The translations under genes were made by a program, and so were the position numbers. The notes under the pieces are model-generated. The model was given only the letters and a program-made list of their open reading frames with translations. It was not told the origin of the DNA and did not search any database. Positions 28,414-37,176 of a DNA stretch of 64,000 nucleotides are shown here, piece after piece. The stretch is taken from the IMG/VR virus record IMGVR_UViG_3300045017_000165, positions 1-64,000 of that record. One strand, given 5' to 3'. The first letter of the stretch is position 1. Every line of letters starts with the position of its first letter. This stretch comes from a virus.

Positions 28414-31176
28414 ATGATAACAGCCACGGTAGGGTACCCAGCCCCAATAGATCTACAGTTAGATGATGGGGCAACGGACAGATACCCGAGAGCATACGTA
28501 TTCACCGATGCTGGGGTCTCTTTAGGAACCGTTGATCTAATTCACCAGGATAAGGGAGACTATACAGGGTTCTTTACCTTTTCTAGCGCCGGGTACTTTC
28601 TTGTACATTTTGTCACCTATCTAGATGCTGCGCGCACAATTGAAGACGTTGATTATACCCGTGACACCGATCTCTACAGGGCTACTATCACCACAGGGCT
28701 TTCTTGCGAGGATCTGGAAGCGATCGCCGATCATGTTTGGGATGAACCTGCTGAAGATCACATAACTCCAGGTTCTACGGGAGCCTACTTAGAAACCGCC
28801 ACCCATCCTGAAATCAACCTAGATTGTGTGGATCTCTCTCAAATAGCTGATGCTGTATGGGAAGAAGCAAAAGCAGGGCACACTACTCCAGATACTTACG
28901 GATATTACTTAGATACTACGGTTTCATCCCGAGCTTCTGAAATTACCGCAGCAGCTATAAAAGCGAAAACCGACCTACTTACATTCACAGGAACAGACGT
29001 CCACGCTGCATTTAGTCCCACCACGCAACAAGACGTAGCAGATAAGGTGTGGGATACCGCCATGGCTTCGCATACGGTAGCGGGGAGCTTTGGTGCAAAT
29101 GCTAATCTTATCGATGAGATTAAAACAGCTGTCGACCAGATTAATGTTGAGACAGACCCTACTCAAATAGCTGGCGCCGTGTGGGATGCAACAAGATTAC
29201 TTCACACAAACGCGGGTTCATTTGGAGAAGCCAATCAAGGGGTTGTCTCAGTAGCGCGCGCCAATAATCTCGATAATCTAAACGCTACCATTTCAAGTAG
29301 GGCGGCAGCCGCTACCGCTGTGTCGAATACCGACCTGACACTTGCCCGAATACAGAACCTAGATAACCTAGATATCGCAGTGTCGACGCGTGCCTCACAA
29401 GTAAGTATGGCGCTAGGGTTTGCGGCTGGAGCCAAAGATGCAACCGTTGCAAAAGACAGCACTGTCGCAAAAGAATCCACTCTTATCGCAATGAACAGTA
29501 CGTTGGTTAATATAGACAACGACACCACTCTATTAGAGTCCAGACTTACCGCTACGAGAGCTGCAAATCTCGATAAGTTAGATGTCAACGTTTCGACAAG
29601 GGCTACGCAAGCATCTGTCGACAATCTGTCGACAATCGTAGCTAAGGACGCAACCGTAGCTAAGGCTGCACAACTAGCCGCGCTTGACGCCAAGATCGGA
29701 ACTCCCGTTACAACGGTATCTGGGGACATCGCAGCAATCAAAACTACAGTGGATGCGGTAAGTACTGCTGTGAACACCTCTGGTGTGATGGTTAAGCCAT
29801 CAGAAAAAGCTGACATAGCTGACAGAGTTTGGGACGAGACGTTGAGCGATCATCTCGTTGCTGGCACTACTGGAGCTAAACTCGATTACCTCGATAACTC
29901 AACCGCAGTGCTTACGCCTGCAGATCTTAGCGCGATTGCAGACTCAGTATGGGACGAAAGCCTTGTAGGACACACGAGCTCGGGTTCTGCTGGCGCCAAC
30001 CAGAACCTCATCGATGAAATAGCTAATGATACTGCTGCTCTGGAAACACGAATCACCGCAGCCCGCGCAACTAACTTAGACAACTTAGACGTAGCTGTGT
30101 CGACTAGAGAAAGCGAAGCAAGTGCTGCAACTCGTTCAAGCGCTAACTTCATCGAACATAATCAAACCCAGACCGACATAGCTAATCTGCAACTCACTAC
30201 GAATAGCATCTCAACTAAAATCGGTAGTCCAATCACGTCTCTCTCTGGCGATATTGCGAGCGTTAAGGCTGATACGACAGCGATCAAAAGTAAAACGAAT
30301 AATCTTCCTTCTGATCCAGCAAGCCAATCAGCAGTTGACTCTAGGTTTAACACCGTCGATGCCACGACTGTAGCGACGCTAAACAATACCACTTTAATCA
30401 AAGTAAAAACCGATAATCTTCCAGCTGATCCAGCGAGTGAGAGTTCAGTTGTAGCTATTCCAACTAATCCAGTTCTAGTCACAGATCCGCGCCTATCAAG
30501 ACTCGACGTAAACGTATCTACAAGAGCCACACCTGCCGATCTCGCTAACCTCGCCACCAAGAACGACATTCTTCTGACCGAGGCTGCGATCATCGGTGGT
30601 ATTGATATTGTCGACGCTAAGGTAGATCAATTACCGACCAACGCTGAACTAACTGCAGCACTAGCTCCGATCGCTAAAGAGATCACACTACAGCAAGTGA
30701 AAGCTATTGTAGAAGCAATCCAAATCGCGCAGCTAACCGCGGAGCAAGTTTGGACATACGTAACTAGATCACTCACTGAACCAGTCACAACCGATTTAGA
30801 CCTAGCCCCACTTGCTAAGTCAACCGAGGTTAACGCGGCTAAAGCGGAAATACTCGATGCAATTCCTAAGCACGACATCGATATGACGACCGCGATTAAC
30901 CCCGATACCGACGAAATTGAAGTACAGGTGTGGATGGACTTGGATAACGCTACCATTGAGGATCCATTTAACGCTTCTATCTCCGTGTTCGATGGACTCG
31001 GAGCTCTTATTTTCAGCTCTCCAGTTTCTACAGATCACACTCCACAAGGGGTGTTTAGATTTATCAGAGGCAACGCAAGCGCGCTGCTAAGCCGCAATAA
31101 AACTTATGTCGTTAGCGCCACGATTACTCACGGAACTGAAACCTTACAAAAACTTAAATCCTTCGTGGTGTTCTGA
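28414..31176 (+). CDS. repetitive fibre-like virion protein (IADxVWDE repeats)
   Basis: Multiple IAD.VWD(E)...H...GS.G repeats and RA.NLD.LD..VSTRA repeats. Confidence 0.6.
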   Translation: MITATVGYPAPIDLQLDDGATDRYPRAYVFTDAGVSLGTVDLIHQDKGDYTGFFTFSSAGYFLVHFVTYLDAARTIEDVDYTRDTDLYRATITTGLSCEDLEAIADHVWDEPAEDHITPGSTGAYLETATHPEINLDCVDLSQIADAVWEEAKAGHTTPDTYGYYLDTTVSSRASEITAAAIKAKTDLLTFTGTDVHAAFSPTTQQDVADKVWDTAMASHTVAGSFGANANLIDEIKTAVDQINVETDPTQIAGAVWDATRLLHTNAGSFGEANQGVVSVARANNLDNLNATISSRAAAATAVSNTDLTLARIQNLDNLDIAVSTRASQVSMALGFAAGAKDATVAKDSTVAKESTLIAMNSTLVNIDNDTTLLESRLTATRAANLDKLDVNVSTRATQASVDNLSTIVAKDATVAKAAQLAALDAKIGTPVTTVSGDIAAIKTTVDAVSTAVNTSGVMVKPSEKADIADRVWDETLSDHLVAGTTGAKLDYLDNSTAVLTPADLSAIADSVWDESLVGHTSSGSAGANQNLIDEIANDTAALETRITAARATNLDNLDVAVSTRESEASAATRSSANFIEHNQTQTDIANLQLTTNSISTKIGSPITSLSGDIASVKADTTAIKSKTNNLPSDPASQSAVDSRFNTVDATTVATLNNTTLIKVKTDNLPADPASESSVVAIPTNPVLVTDPRLSRLDVNVSTRATPADLANLATKNDILLTEAAIIGGIDIVDAKVDQLPTNAELTAALAPIAKEITLQQVKAIVEAIQIAQLTAEQVWTYVTRSLTEPVTTDLDLAPLAKSTEVNAAKAEILDAIPKHDIDMTTAINPDTDEIEVQVWMDLDNATIEDPFNASISVFDGLGALIFSSPVSTDHTPQGVFRFIRGNASALLSRNKTYVVSATITHGTETLQKLKSFVVF

Positions 31177-31628
31177 TGCAAGCACTACGCGCTTATTCAC
31201 ACTCAGCCATTCCAATCTTCTTTTTCGAGCCCGCTGAAACGCAGCCCCAAGTAGGGGATCAGCCGCCGGTTGAAAAAGCTTTGGGGTTTCCTCCTGTGGG
31301 TGGTTTTATGGTGGAGTACTCCGGCGATGACCTCTCGCTTTTTGGAGTAAGCGTAGAGGAAGAAAAGGCGCAGGAAGTCCTGTTCGCCATCAATGTACTC
31401 CTACCAGAAGAGCCAGAAACAGTCGTGGCGACATCTGTTAAACGCACTCCAGAGCCTATGTATATTGTAGGTCACGGAGTTAGTAGAAGTCCAGAAGAGT
31501 CAAATATATTCGGCGCTGCGGTTGAAATGGATGCCAATTGGGAGTCAACTGGTATAATCTCTTTATACGTAGCTAAGTTACGAGAGGACGACGCGCCTCT
31601 CGGTCTTGGAGTTGAAATACATGAATAA
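31176..31628 (+). CDS. acidic hypothetical protein
   Basis: 150 aa, translationally coupled on both sides. Confidence 0.5.
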   Translation: MQALRAYSHSAIPIFFFEPAETQPQVGDQPPVEKALGFPPVGGFMVEYSGDDLSLFGVSVEEEKAQEVLFAINVLLPEEPETVVATSVKRTPEPMYIVGHGVSRSPEESNIFGAAVEMDANWESTGIISLYVAKLREDDAPLGLGVEIHE

Positions 31629-31782
31629 ATCATTTCTGCATGGTTTTGAAAAAACTGCCGCGGCGTCTCTGCCAAAGTGGCTACGTGAGCACCACAAGAC
31701 AATCAATCCGCTCAAAACGCTAAAAAACTTTAGTGGTAAATCTATTCATAAAACCAAAGCCGGAAGGGAGCTGCGCAAATGA
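31621..31782 (+). CDS. 53 aa basic protein with FxxGFEKTA N-terminal motif (not in ORF track)
   Basis: Translates as MNKSFLHGFEKTAAASLPKW...GRELRK*. ATGA overlap with 31779. Confidence 0.65.
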   Translation: MNKSFLHGFEKTAAASLPKWLREHHKTINPLKTLKNFSGKSIHKTKAGRELRK

Positions 31783-32627
31783 CCAACAAAGTGCGCTGGC
31801 ACGTTTTTGATGACGCCGACGTTGATAGCTTTAACGTCTATAGAGCCATCACTGGTCTAACAGTGACATTCCCAAACGCACTGCAGAGCGGTGATAAGCT
31901 AACATTCGCTGCAACTAGCCCGCAACAGCAGACCGTTACGCTGCGACCCGATGCACCCAGTATCGATACCGTACTAGCTGACATCAACTCACAAGCCAAA
32001 GGAATCGAAGCCTCTAAAAGCACCGATAATACTGAGCTGTTCATCCGCTGCACGGCTAAAACTAATCCCAAACTTAAGCTTTTTTCATGCTCGTTTCTAA
32101 CTCACTTGGGAGAACAGCCAAGGATCATAGTGGCTAAACTCGAATGGTCCGTGGTCGGTAATGTACTTTTTGAAGAGGGTACATCTGCCTATGGGTTCGA
32201 TGACGAGAATGGTGATCCGCTCGATTGGTATCATGTCACCTCAATAAAAGATTCTGTGGAATCAATCCCAAGCCAAGATCAACAAGCATTACTTGTGCCA
32301 GAAGATTTCTGCGTAGTTGAGGGGCGTATTGTCGACATCCAGAACAATCCTATTTCGGGAGCGGAAGTAAAAGCCTCTATTATGATTCCAGTCGGAACTT
32401 CAGATAATGCGGGCATCACAGTCCAATCTAAATCAATGGTTAGCGACAGTCTTGGTCGCTGGAACCTGCCAATTCTTCAAAAACAACAAGTACTTTTTGA
32501 AATTCCGGCAATCCGGTATAATCAAGTCGTAGAGATACCTGAGCAGCCATACATCTTGTTCAAGGATCTGAAACCACTAAACGATCACTACTTTGCGCCA
32601 GCGGGAGAGCCAGAAGGCGGAGTCTAA
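31779..32627 (+). CDS. virion protein with C-terminal Ig/carboxypeptidase-regulatory-like domain
   Basis: CVVEGRIVDIQNNPISGAEV...SDSLGRWNLP. Immediately upstream of the probable portal. Confidence 0.5.
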   Translation: MTNKVRWHVFDDADVDSFNVYRAITGLTVTFPNALQSGDKLTFAATSPQQQTVTLRPDAPSIDTVLADINSQAKGIEASKSTDNTELFIRCTAKTNPKLKLFSCSFLTHLGEQPRIIVAKLEWSVVGNVLFEEGTSAYGFDDENGDPLDWYHVTSIKDSVESIPSQDQQALLVPEDFCVVEGRIVDIQNNPISGAEVKASIMIPVGTSDNAGITVQSKSMVSDSLGRWNLPILQKQQVLFEIPAIRYNQVVEIPEQPYILFKDLKPLNDHYFAPAGEPEGGV

Positions 32628-32630
32628 TAA

Positions 32631-34454
32631 ATGAGCTCAGATCCATCACAACCAAGCGGTAATGTAGATCCGAATCTCAGGATGTCCTACGAACGTGGTA
32701 GGACGCGCTACCCCTCGCCATTTTTTGACGTCTCTCAGCAATACATCCCGCCCACAGTTAAAGAGATGTTTAAGTGGGTATACTTCTACGCCACCAACAA
32801 CTCATTTCTAGGACCAGCTCTTAATAAGATCGCCCGCTATCCGATCACAGATCTAATCATAGAAGACCACAACGCTAAGGTAGCTGATAACTGGAAAACC
32901 CTACTGAATAACACTCTTCAAATTAAGACCTTCGAGATGGAAGTAAATCTCGACCTCACTACTTACGGCAACGCTTTCGTTTCTATCAACTATCCGTTCT
33001 CTCGCTTCTTGGTGTGTCAGGGGTGCAAGCACCGTCACCCATGGAAAACAGTTTCTAAGCGAATAGAAAACCTCTCAATCAAAATTAAATGTCACAAATG
33101 CGGTTACAACGGGATCGCTAAGATTCATGATGTTCAGTATAAGTCCGCTGAAGGTGTGCGGCTTATAAGACTTAATCCAGAATTTATCGACATTAAGTAT
33201 AACGACTCCACCGGCAGACATGTTTACCTATACTCAATACCGGATAAGCTAAAACGCATGATCATGTCGGGTGATTCCGACATCATCGAGGACACACCTG
33301 AAATCTATCTCGAGTCCATTAGACAAAAGAAAAAGATTAGGCTTAGCAATCAAAATGTTTTTCACCTCAAAAGACCATCCCTTGCCGGCAAAGACATGGG
33401 TTGGGGAATGCCGCTAATCGCTACAGCGCTGAAAGACTTGTTTCACTACTATACACTTCGTCGTGGACAAGAAGCTGTAATGTTGGAACACATCACTCCG
33501 TTTGATATTTTGTTCCCACAAGCTAACGGAAAATTCGACCCGTACGTTCATTCCGACCTCACTTCATGGAAAGCTGAAATTCAAAGACAAATCGCAGCTA
33601 AACGTAAAGATCCGAACTACAAAGCGGTTCTTCCATTCCCTGTGGGATTTGAACGAATCGGCGGTGATGGCAAAAATCTAATGCTCACTCCGGAGCTAGA
33701 TTTTCTCGCCAAGACCATCATCGGAACTTGCGGTATTCCGCAAGAATTCGTGTACGGCGGTACAATGAACTGGTCCGGATCTTCCGTAGCACTTCGTACG
33801 CTCGAAAACGAATTTCTCCACCACCGCTCACAGCTACTTCAAATGATTATCTGGATAGTCGATCGTCTTAGAGTTTATCTTGATATTATGCCTCCCAAGT
33901 CAATCAAGTTCTCTGACTTCAAGATGGCTGATGATATGCAAAAACTTCAGCTGCTCTTCAACGCTGCCGATAAAGACAAACTCGACTGGGAAACGATCTT
34001 TAAAGAATTGGGCTACGACTACGAAGTGGTTAAGCGTAAGATCGAAGAGCAAAAGCTCTTTGAGGCGAAACTTACAGAGGTACAGTTGGTAAGGCAGGCG
34101 GAAGCTCAAGCCAAAGCTCAACAAGTCGCTTTAAGATATCAGCAAAAAGTTCAGGGCTCTGAACAGCCACAGACAGAACAAGAAGCCGCTCAGGAGTCCA
34201 TACAAGAAACGACAATTCAAGCTTGGGCAAAACGCCTTGCTGCACAATCAGTAGAACAACAGCAGCAAGCACTAGCTAGACTAGAGCAGCAAGATCCGCA
34301 ATTCGCTGCTAAGATCAAAGCAGCGCTAGCTGGGTTGTCACAAACACAACCAGCAACTTCTACCAAAACCACACAGAAACCAAAAGCTGGTGAACAGATA
34401 GATATGCGGCAAGCACCGGAGCAAAAACCTCCGCGCAGACAGGGAGGCATCTAA
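32631..34454 (+). CDS. probable portal protein with zinc-ribbon insertion
   Basis: 607 aa. DL..YGNAFV, LIRLNPEFI, VFHLK...GWGMP and I....GIPQEF motifs typical of portals. CxxC...CxxC insert and Q-rich tail. Confidence 0.7.
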   Translation: MSSDPSQPSGNVDPNLRMSYERGRTRYPSPFFDVSQQYIPPTVKEMFKWVYFYATNNSFLGPALNKIARYPITDLIIEDHNAKVADNWKTLLNNTLQIKTFEMEVNLDLTTYGNAFVSINYPFSRFLVCQGCKHRHPWKTVSKRIENLSIKIKCHKCGYNGIAKIHDVQYKSAEGVRLIRLNPEFIDIKYNDSTGRHVYLYSIPDKLKRMIMSGDSDIIEDTPEIYLESIRQKKKIRLSNQNVFHLKRPSLAGKDMGWGMPLIATALKDLFHYYTLRRGQEAVMLEHITPFDILFPQANGKFDPYVHSDLTSWKAEIQRQIAAKRKDPNYKAVLPFPVGFERIGGDGKNLMLTPELDFLAKTIIGTCGIPQEFVYGGTMNWSGSSVALRTLENEFLHHRSQLLQMIIWIVDRLRVYLDIMPPKSIKFSDFKMADDMQKLQLLFNAADKDKLDWETIFKELGYDYEVVKRKIEEQKLFEAKLTEVQLVRQAEAQAKAQQVALRYQQKVQGSEQPQTEQEAAQESIQETTIQAWAKRLAAQSVEQQQQALARLEQQDPQFAAKIKAALAGLSQTQPATSTKTTQKPKAGEQIDMRQAPEQKPPRRQGGI

Positions 34455-34840
34455 TGCTACAAGAACCACAAAAAGGAGCGCTACCTGTAGCGCTTGAAGA
34501 AGCGTCTCACTTAGAGAAAAGCCCGGCGGTTCAAGGGTTTCTGGCTGGTTTGAAGGGAGCGCTATTCGGAGCTCCCGCAGCGGGGTTTATCCAAGCGGTT
34601 CGTGGTAAGGCTCCCATTCCAGCCGCCATTCTCGGTGGATTAGGCGCAGGTCTCGCAATGGGTCTAGCTAAGTATCTAAAACAAAACGTTGAGAACGTAG
34701 AAACCGAAAGCGATATTAGATGGCATGCTGCCCGTATCAAGCAAAGAGAGCCACTATTCTTCATGCCGCCAGCTCAACATATGGGATCGATCTTCTCTAA
34801 ATTCCACTCTAGAGCGCATCTACCAGACGCAGAGAACTAA
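34454..34840 (+). CDS. small virion protein with glycine-zipper hydrophobic segments
   Basis: GLKGALFGAPAAG and ILGGLGAGLAMG. Confidence 0.5.
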   Translation: MLQEPQKGALPVALEEASHLEKSPAVQGFLAGLKGALFGAPAAGFIQAVRGKAPIPAAILGGLGAGLAMGLAKYLKQNVENVETESDIRWHAARIKQREPLFFMPPAQHMGSIFSKFHSRAHLPDAEN

Positions 34841-34843
34841 TCC

Positions 34844-35059
34844 ATGGCGTTTATTGAGCGAACCACTCGAGCGGTTAGACGGTTTAATATTAACGATGCC
34901 GAAGAGCTCGAGCAGTACAACAGCCTTATTCGAGACCCCAAGGTAAAGGTGATTAGAGACCAGGTACTGACTCAATCCGAAAGCCACTTTGAAGAGGGTT
35001 TTAGCACTACCACTACGAACCATATTGTACTAGTGGAGGTTGAGATATGTTCTTTGTAA
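34844..35059 (+). CDS. hypothetical protein
   Basis: 71 aa ORF in a coupled operon. Confidence 0.5.
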   Translation: MAFIERTTRAVRRFNINDAEELEQYNSLIRDPKVKVIRDQVLTQSESHFEEGFSTTTTNHIVLVEVEICSL

Positions 35060-35277
35060 GGGGATTCGCAAAGACTGCCGCTCCACTTGGCGACAACGCA
35101 TTTATAGGAGATACGGGCGGTAAATCTGACATTGCAGACACCACCGCGACTCAACTAAAATGGGAAACTAGTTCAGGTGCGTCCCCCGAAAATATTGGCT
35201 ATAATGAGCCAGAAGATCTTAACACACGTAAAAAGATTCGCAGTCTTTTTAGAAAACCACGGAGACTCGTCAGATGA
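35047..35277 (+). CDS. small protein with FxxGFxKTA motif
   Basis: MFFVRGFAKTAA. Confidence 0.6.
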   Translation: MFFVRGFAKTAAPLGDNAFIGDTGGKSDIADTTATQLKWETSSGASPENIGYNEPEDLNTRKKIRSLFRKPRRLVR

Positions 35278-35666
35278 CTAACTTCGTCAATGGCTTTGAA
35301 AAAACAGCGGCTAAAGCTCAAGCGGCTTCTAAAGCAATGGACACAGCAAAGAAAATTTTGCATGGCGGTAAAGATGTTGCCGTGGCGTTTGGTAAGGGTG
35401 TTAAAAGTTCTGGCGGGCATACGGTTAGCGACGTGCTCAAGCTTAAAGGTCTTTATTCAACTCCCGCAGAAGCTATCAAGCGCTCTGGTGGCATTCATAA
35501 AGCACTAACTACAGTTCAGGGTCGCAAAGCACTTTCAGAAGCAGCTGGAAAAGTACTTCCACAAGCCGTAGCTGCTGGAGCTTACGGAGCTGGCGCTAAA
35601 AAACTTTACGATGCTACTCTTGGTTCTGATAATCAGAGTGCTGCATCTATGGGGTACTATCAATGA
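35274..35666 (+). CDS. basic protein with FxxGFEKTA motif
   Basis: MTNFVNGFEKTAAK. Confidence 0.65.
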   Translation: MTNFVNGFEKTAAKAQAASKAMDTAKKILHGGKDVAVAFGKGVKSSGGHTVSDVLKLKGLYSTPAEAIKRSGGIHKALTTVQGRKALSEAAGKVLPQAVAAGAYGAGAKKLYDATLGSDNQSAASMGYYQ

Positions 35667-35863
35667 ACTTCCTAAAATCGTTTAAAAAAGTGGCTATGGA
35701 AAAAGTGGCTGAGCCACCAATCCCAGGAACGGGGATGGACAAACTTTTGAAAGGGTTGCGTGGTACTTTTGGTGGGCAACCTAAACCCCCAAAAACCACG
35801 ATGGTAACTCCACCACCGACAACGCCTAAGCCTTTAGCACCAGTTAAACCGCTGAGCTCATAA
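35663..35863 (+). CDS. Pro/Lys-rich small protein with FxxSFxKxA motif
   Basis: MNFLKSFKKVAMEKVAE. Confidence 0.6.
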   Translation: MNFLKSFKKVAMEKVAEPPIPGTGMDKLLKGLRGTFGGQPKPPKTTMVTPPPTTPKPLAPVKPLSS

Positions 35864-35864
35864 C

Positions 35865-36044
35865 ATGGCATTCATTAAGTCGTTTGAAAAAACCGCAGCC
35901 ATTAAGCTCGCGCAAACCATTAATGAACGTATTGGGAATCCCTTCGGAAAAGTCACTCCGAAAACTCCGCCTCCACCACCAGCGGCACCAGCCAATGTTG
36001 GGCAGGGTAAAACGATCGGTCAGATGATTGGTTTTCCTGGCTAA
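35865..36044 (+). CDS. 59 aa Pro-rich protein with FxxSFEKTA motif (not in ORF track)
   Basis: Translates as MAFIKSFEKTAAIKLAQ...GQMIGFPG*. Confidence 0.65.
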   Translation: MAFIKSFEKTAAIKLAQTINERIGNPFGKVTPKTPPPPPAAPANVGQGKTIGQMIGFPG

Positions 36045-36068
36045 GCTACCCGGAAATTCCGGATAGCT

Positions 36069-36104
36069 AAAAACAAAACGTAGTGATCAGCTACGTTTTG
36101 TTTT
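36069..36104. terminator. bidirectional intrinsic terminator
   Basis: AAAACAAAACGTAG/CTACGTTTTGTTTT inverted repeat between convergent genes. Confidence 0.75.
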
Positions 36105-36114
36105 ATTGCACGGG

Positions 36115-36576
36115 TCATTTTCGCTTTCTTTTTAATTTCGCAAGATTAATCCTTTCGATGAACTTGCGGTGTTTCTTATTGTAGTGCGATTTTAAACGTC
36201 CCTCATCGCGGTAGGTTTTTCCGCAATGTTCGCAAATGAACTCTCCCTTCGGATAGGCGTTATCTACTGTGCTCCAATCCAGTTCGTATTTAGCGTGATG
36301 TAGCTGGATTATCTTTTTATATTGTTCAATGGTGCTATCGATGGCTTCCTTGTTGTTTTTAGCGAACTCCATGTAGTCTGGGCAATCTTTCTTACAAACT
36401 CCTTTAGCTCTAAGAACAGTGCAAACTCTGCTGTCCTTGATATGCGCAAAAAGCGCGCAGTGAATACTTCTATAGGGAATACCTTTTTTAATTACGGCTT
36501 TTCTATTAAAGTCCTTAATCTCTCCCTGCTTCTTACGTAGTTTCATACCTTCTGCACCCCGCGCAGTTATCACCAA
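36115..36576 (-). CDS. C2H2 zinc-finger-containing protein
   Basis: FICEHCGKTYRDEGRLKSHYNKKH, plus an upstream Cys cluster. Very basic. Confidence 0.7.
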   Translation of the reverse strand: MVITARGAEGMKLRKKQGEIKDFNRKAVIKKGIPYRSIHCALFAHIKDSRVCTVLRAKGVCKKDCPDYMEFAKNNKEAIDSTIEQYKKIIQLHHAKYELDWSTVDNAYPKGEFICEHCGKTYRDEGRLKSHYNKKHRKFIERINLAKLKRKRK

Positions 36577-37064
36577 GGAGCGACATTATGCGGAGAGGAA
36601 CCATTATTTCCATAAGCTACGTGCTGAAATGGGTCGTTCCTAGTGCCAGAGCCACCTAGCGCACTATATTGCTGCTGTGGGGTCTGCTGCTGAATACTCG
36701 CGCTCTTACCTGCGTATAAAACTCCTCCGGTCGAGATCTCCAGCGCCGGCTTTCCCTTCTTTACTAGTGAGTCCATGATAGAATTCATAATCATAGCGCA
36801 CAGCTCAACTATAAACTTAAACACCGCAAGCTCGATCGCTCTAATTACAAACTCAACCAGCATTGATTTCAACCTGGTGGCGATCTCGCGTAGCTTGCCG
36901 AGCCAAGCGTGATCTTTCCGCTTCTTAGCCAGCTTCACTTGAGACTGGATCTTAAAAGCAGCTTTTAGCATGTCTTTTGCTTCTCCCAGCATCTCCTCCT
37001 TGCTTTCTGACTGCTCATCCGCCCCTCCAAAATCAAATGGATTTACCACTGCCGAACTAGTCAT
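36570..37064 (-). CDS. hypothetical early protein
   Basis: 164 aa with an AAGGAG RBS, downstream of the promoter motif. Confidence 0.6.
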   Translation of the reverse strand: MTSSAVVNPFDFGGADEQSESKEEMLGEAKDMLKAAFKIQSQVKLAKKRKDHAWLGKLREIATRLKSMLVEFVIRAIELAVFKFIVELCAMIMNSIMDSLVKKGKPALEISTGGVLYAGKSASIQQQTPQQQYSALGGSGTRNDPFQHVAYGNNGSSPHNVAPW

Positions 37065-37131
37065 AAGTACAGCTCCTTGTTATGGGTTGTTGGTTAAGGT
37101 AAACTCATACCGAATGGTTTCACCTATTAAA

Positions 37132-37160
37132 CTTATATCGTTAACTCAACTATTTTTGCC
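37132..37160 (-). promoter_or_regulatory. conserved phage promoter GGCAAAA-N14-GATATAAG
   Basis: Exact spacing match to the other five copies. Confidence 0.7.
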
Positions 37161-37176
37161 CTCCGGTTGGTAAGAC

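Noticed and set aside
29235-30956. Long - strand ORFs opposite 28414..31176
   Set aside because: Shadow ORFs of an Ala/Thr/Asp-rich repetitive gene.
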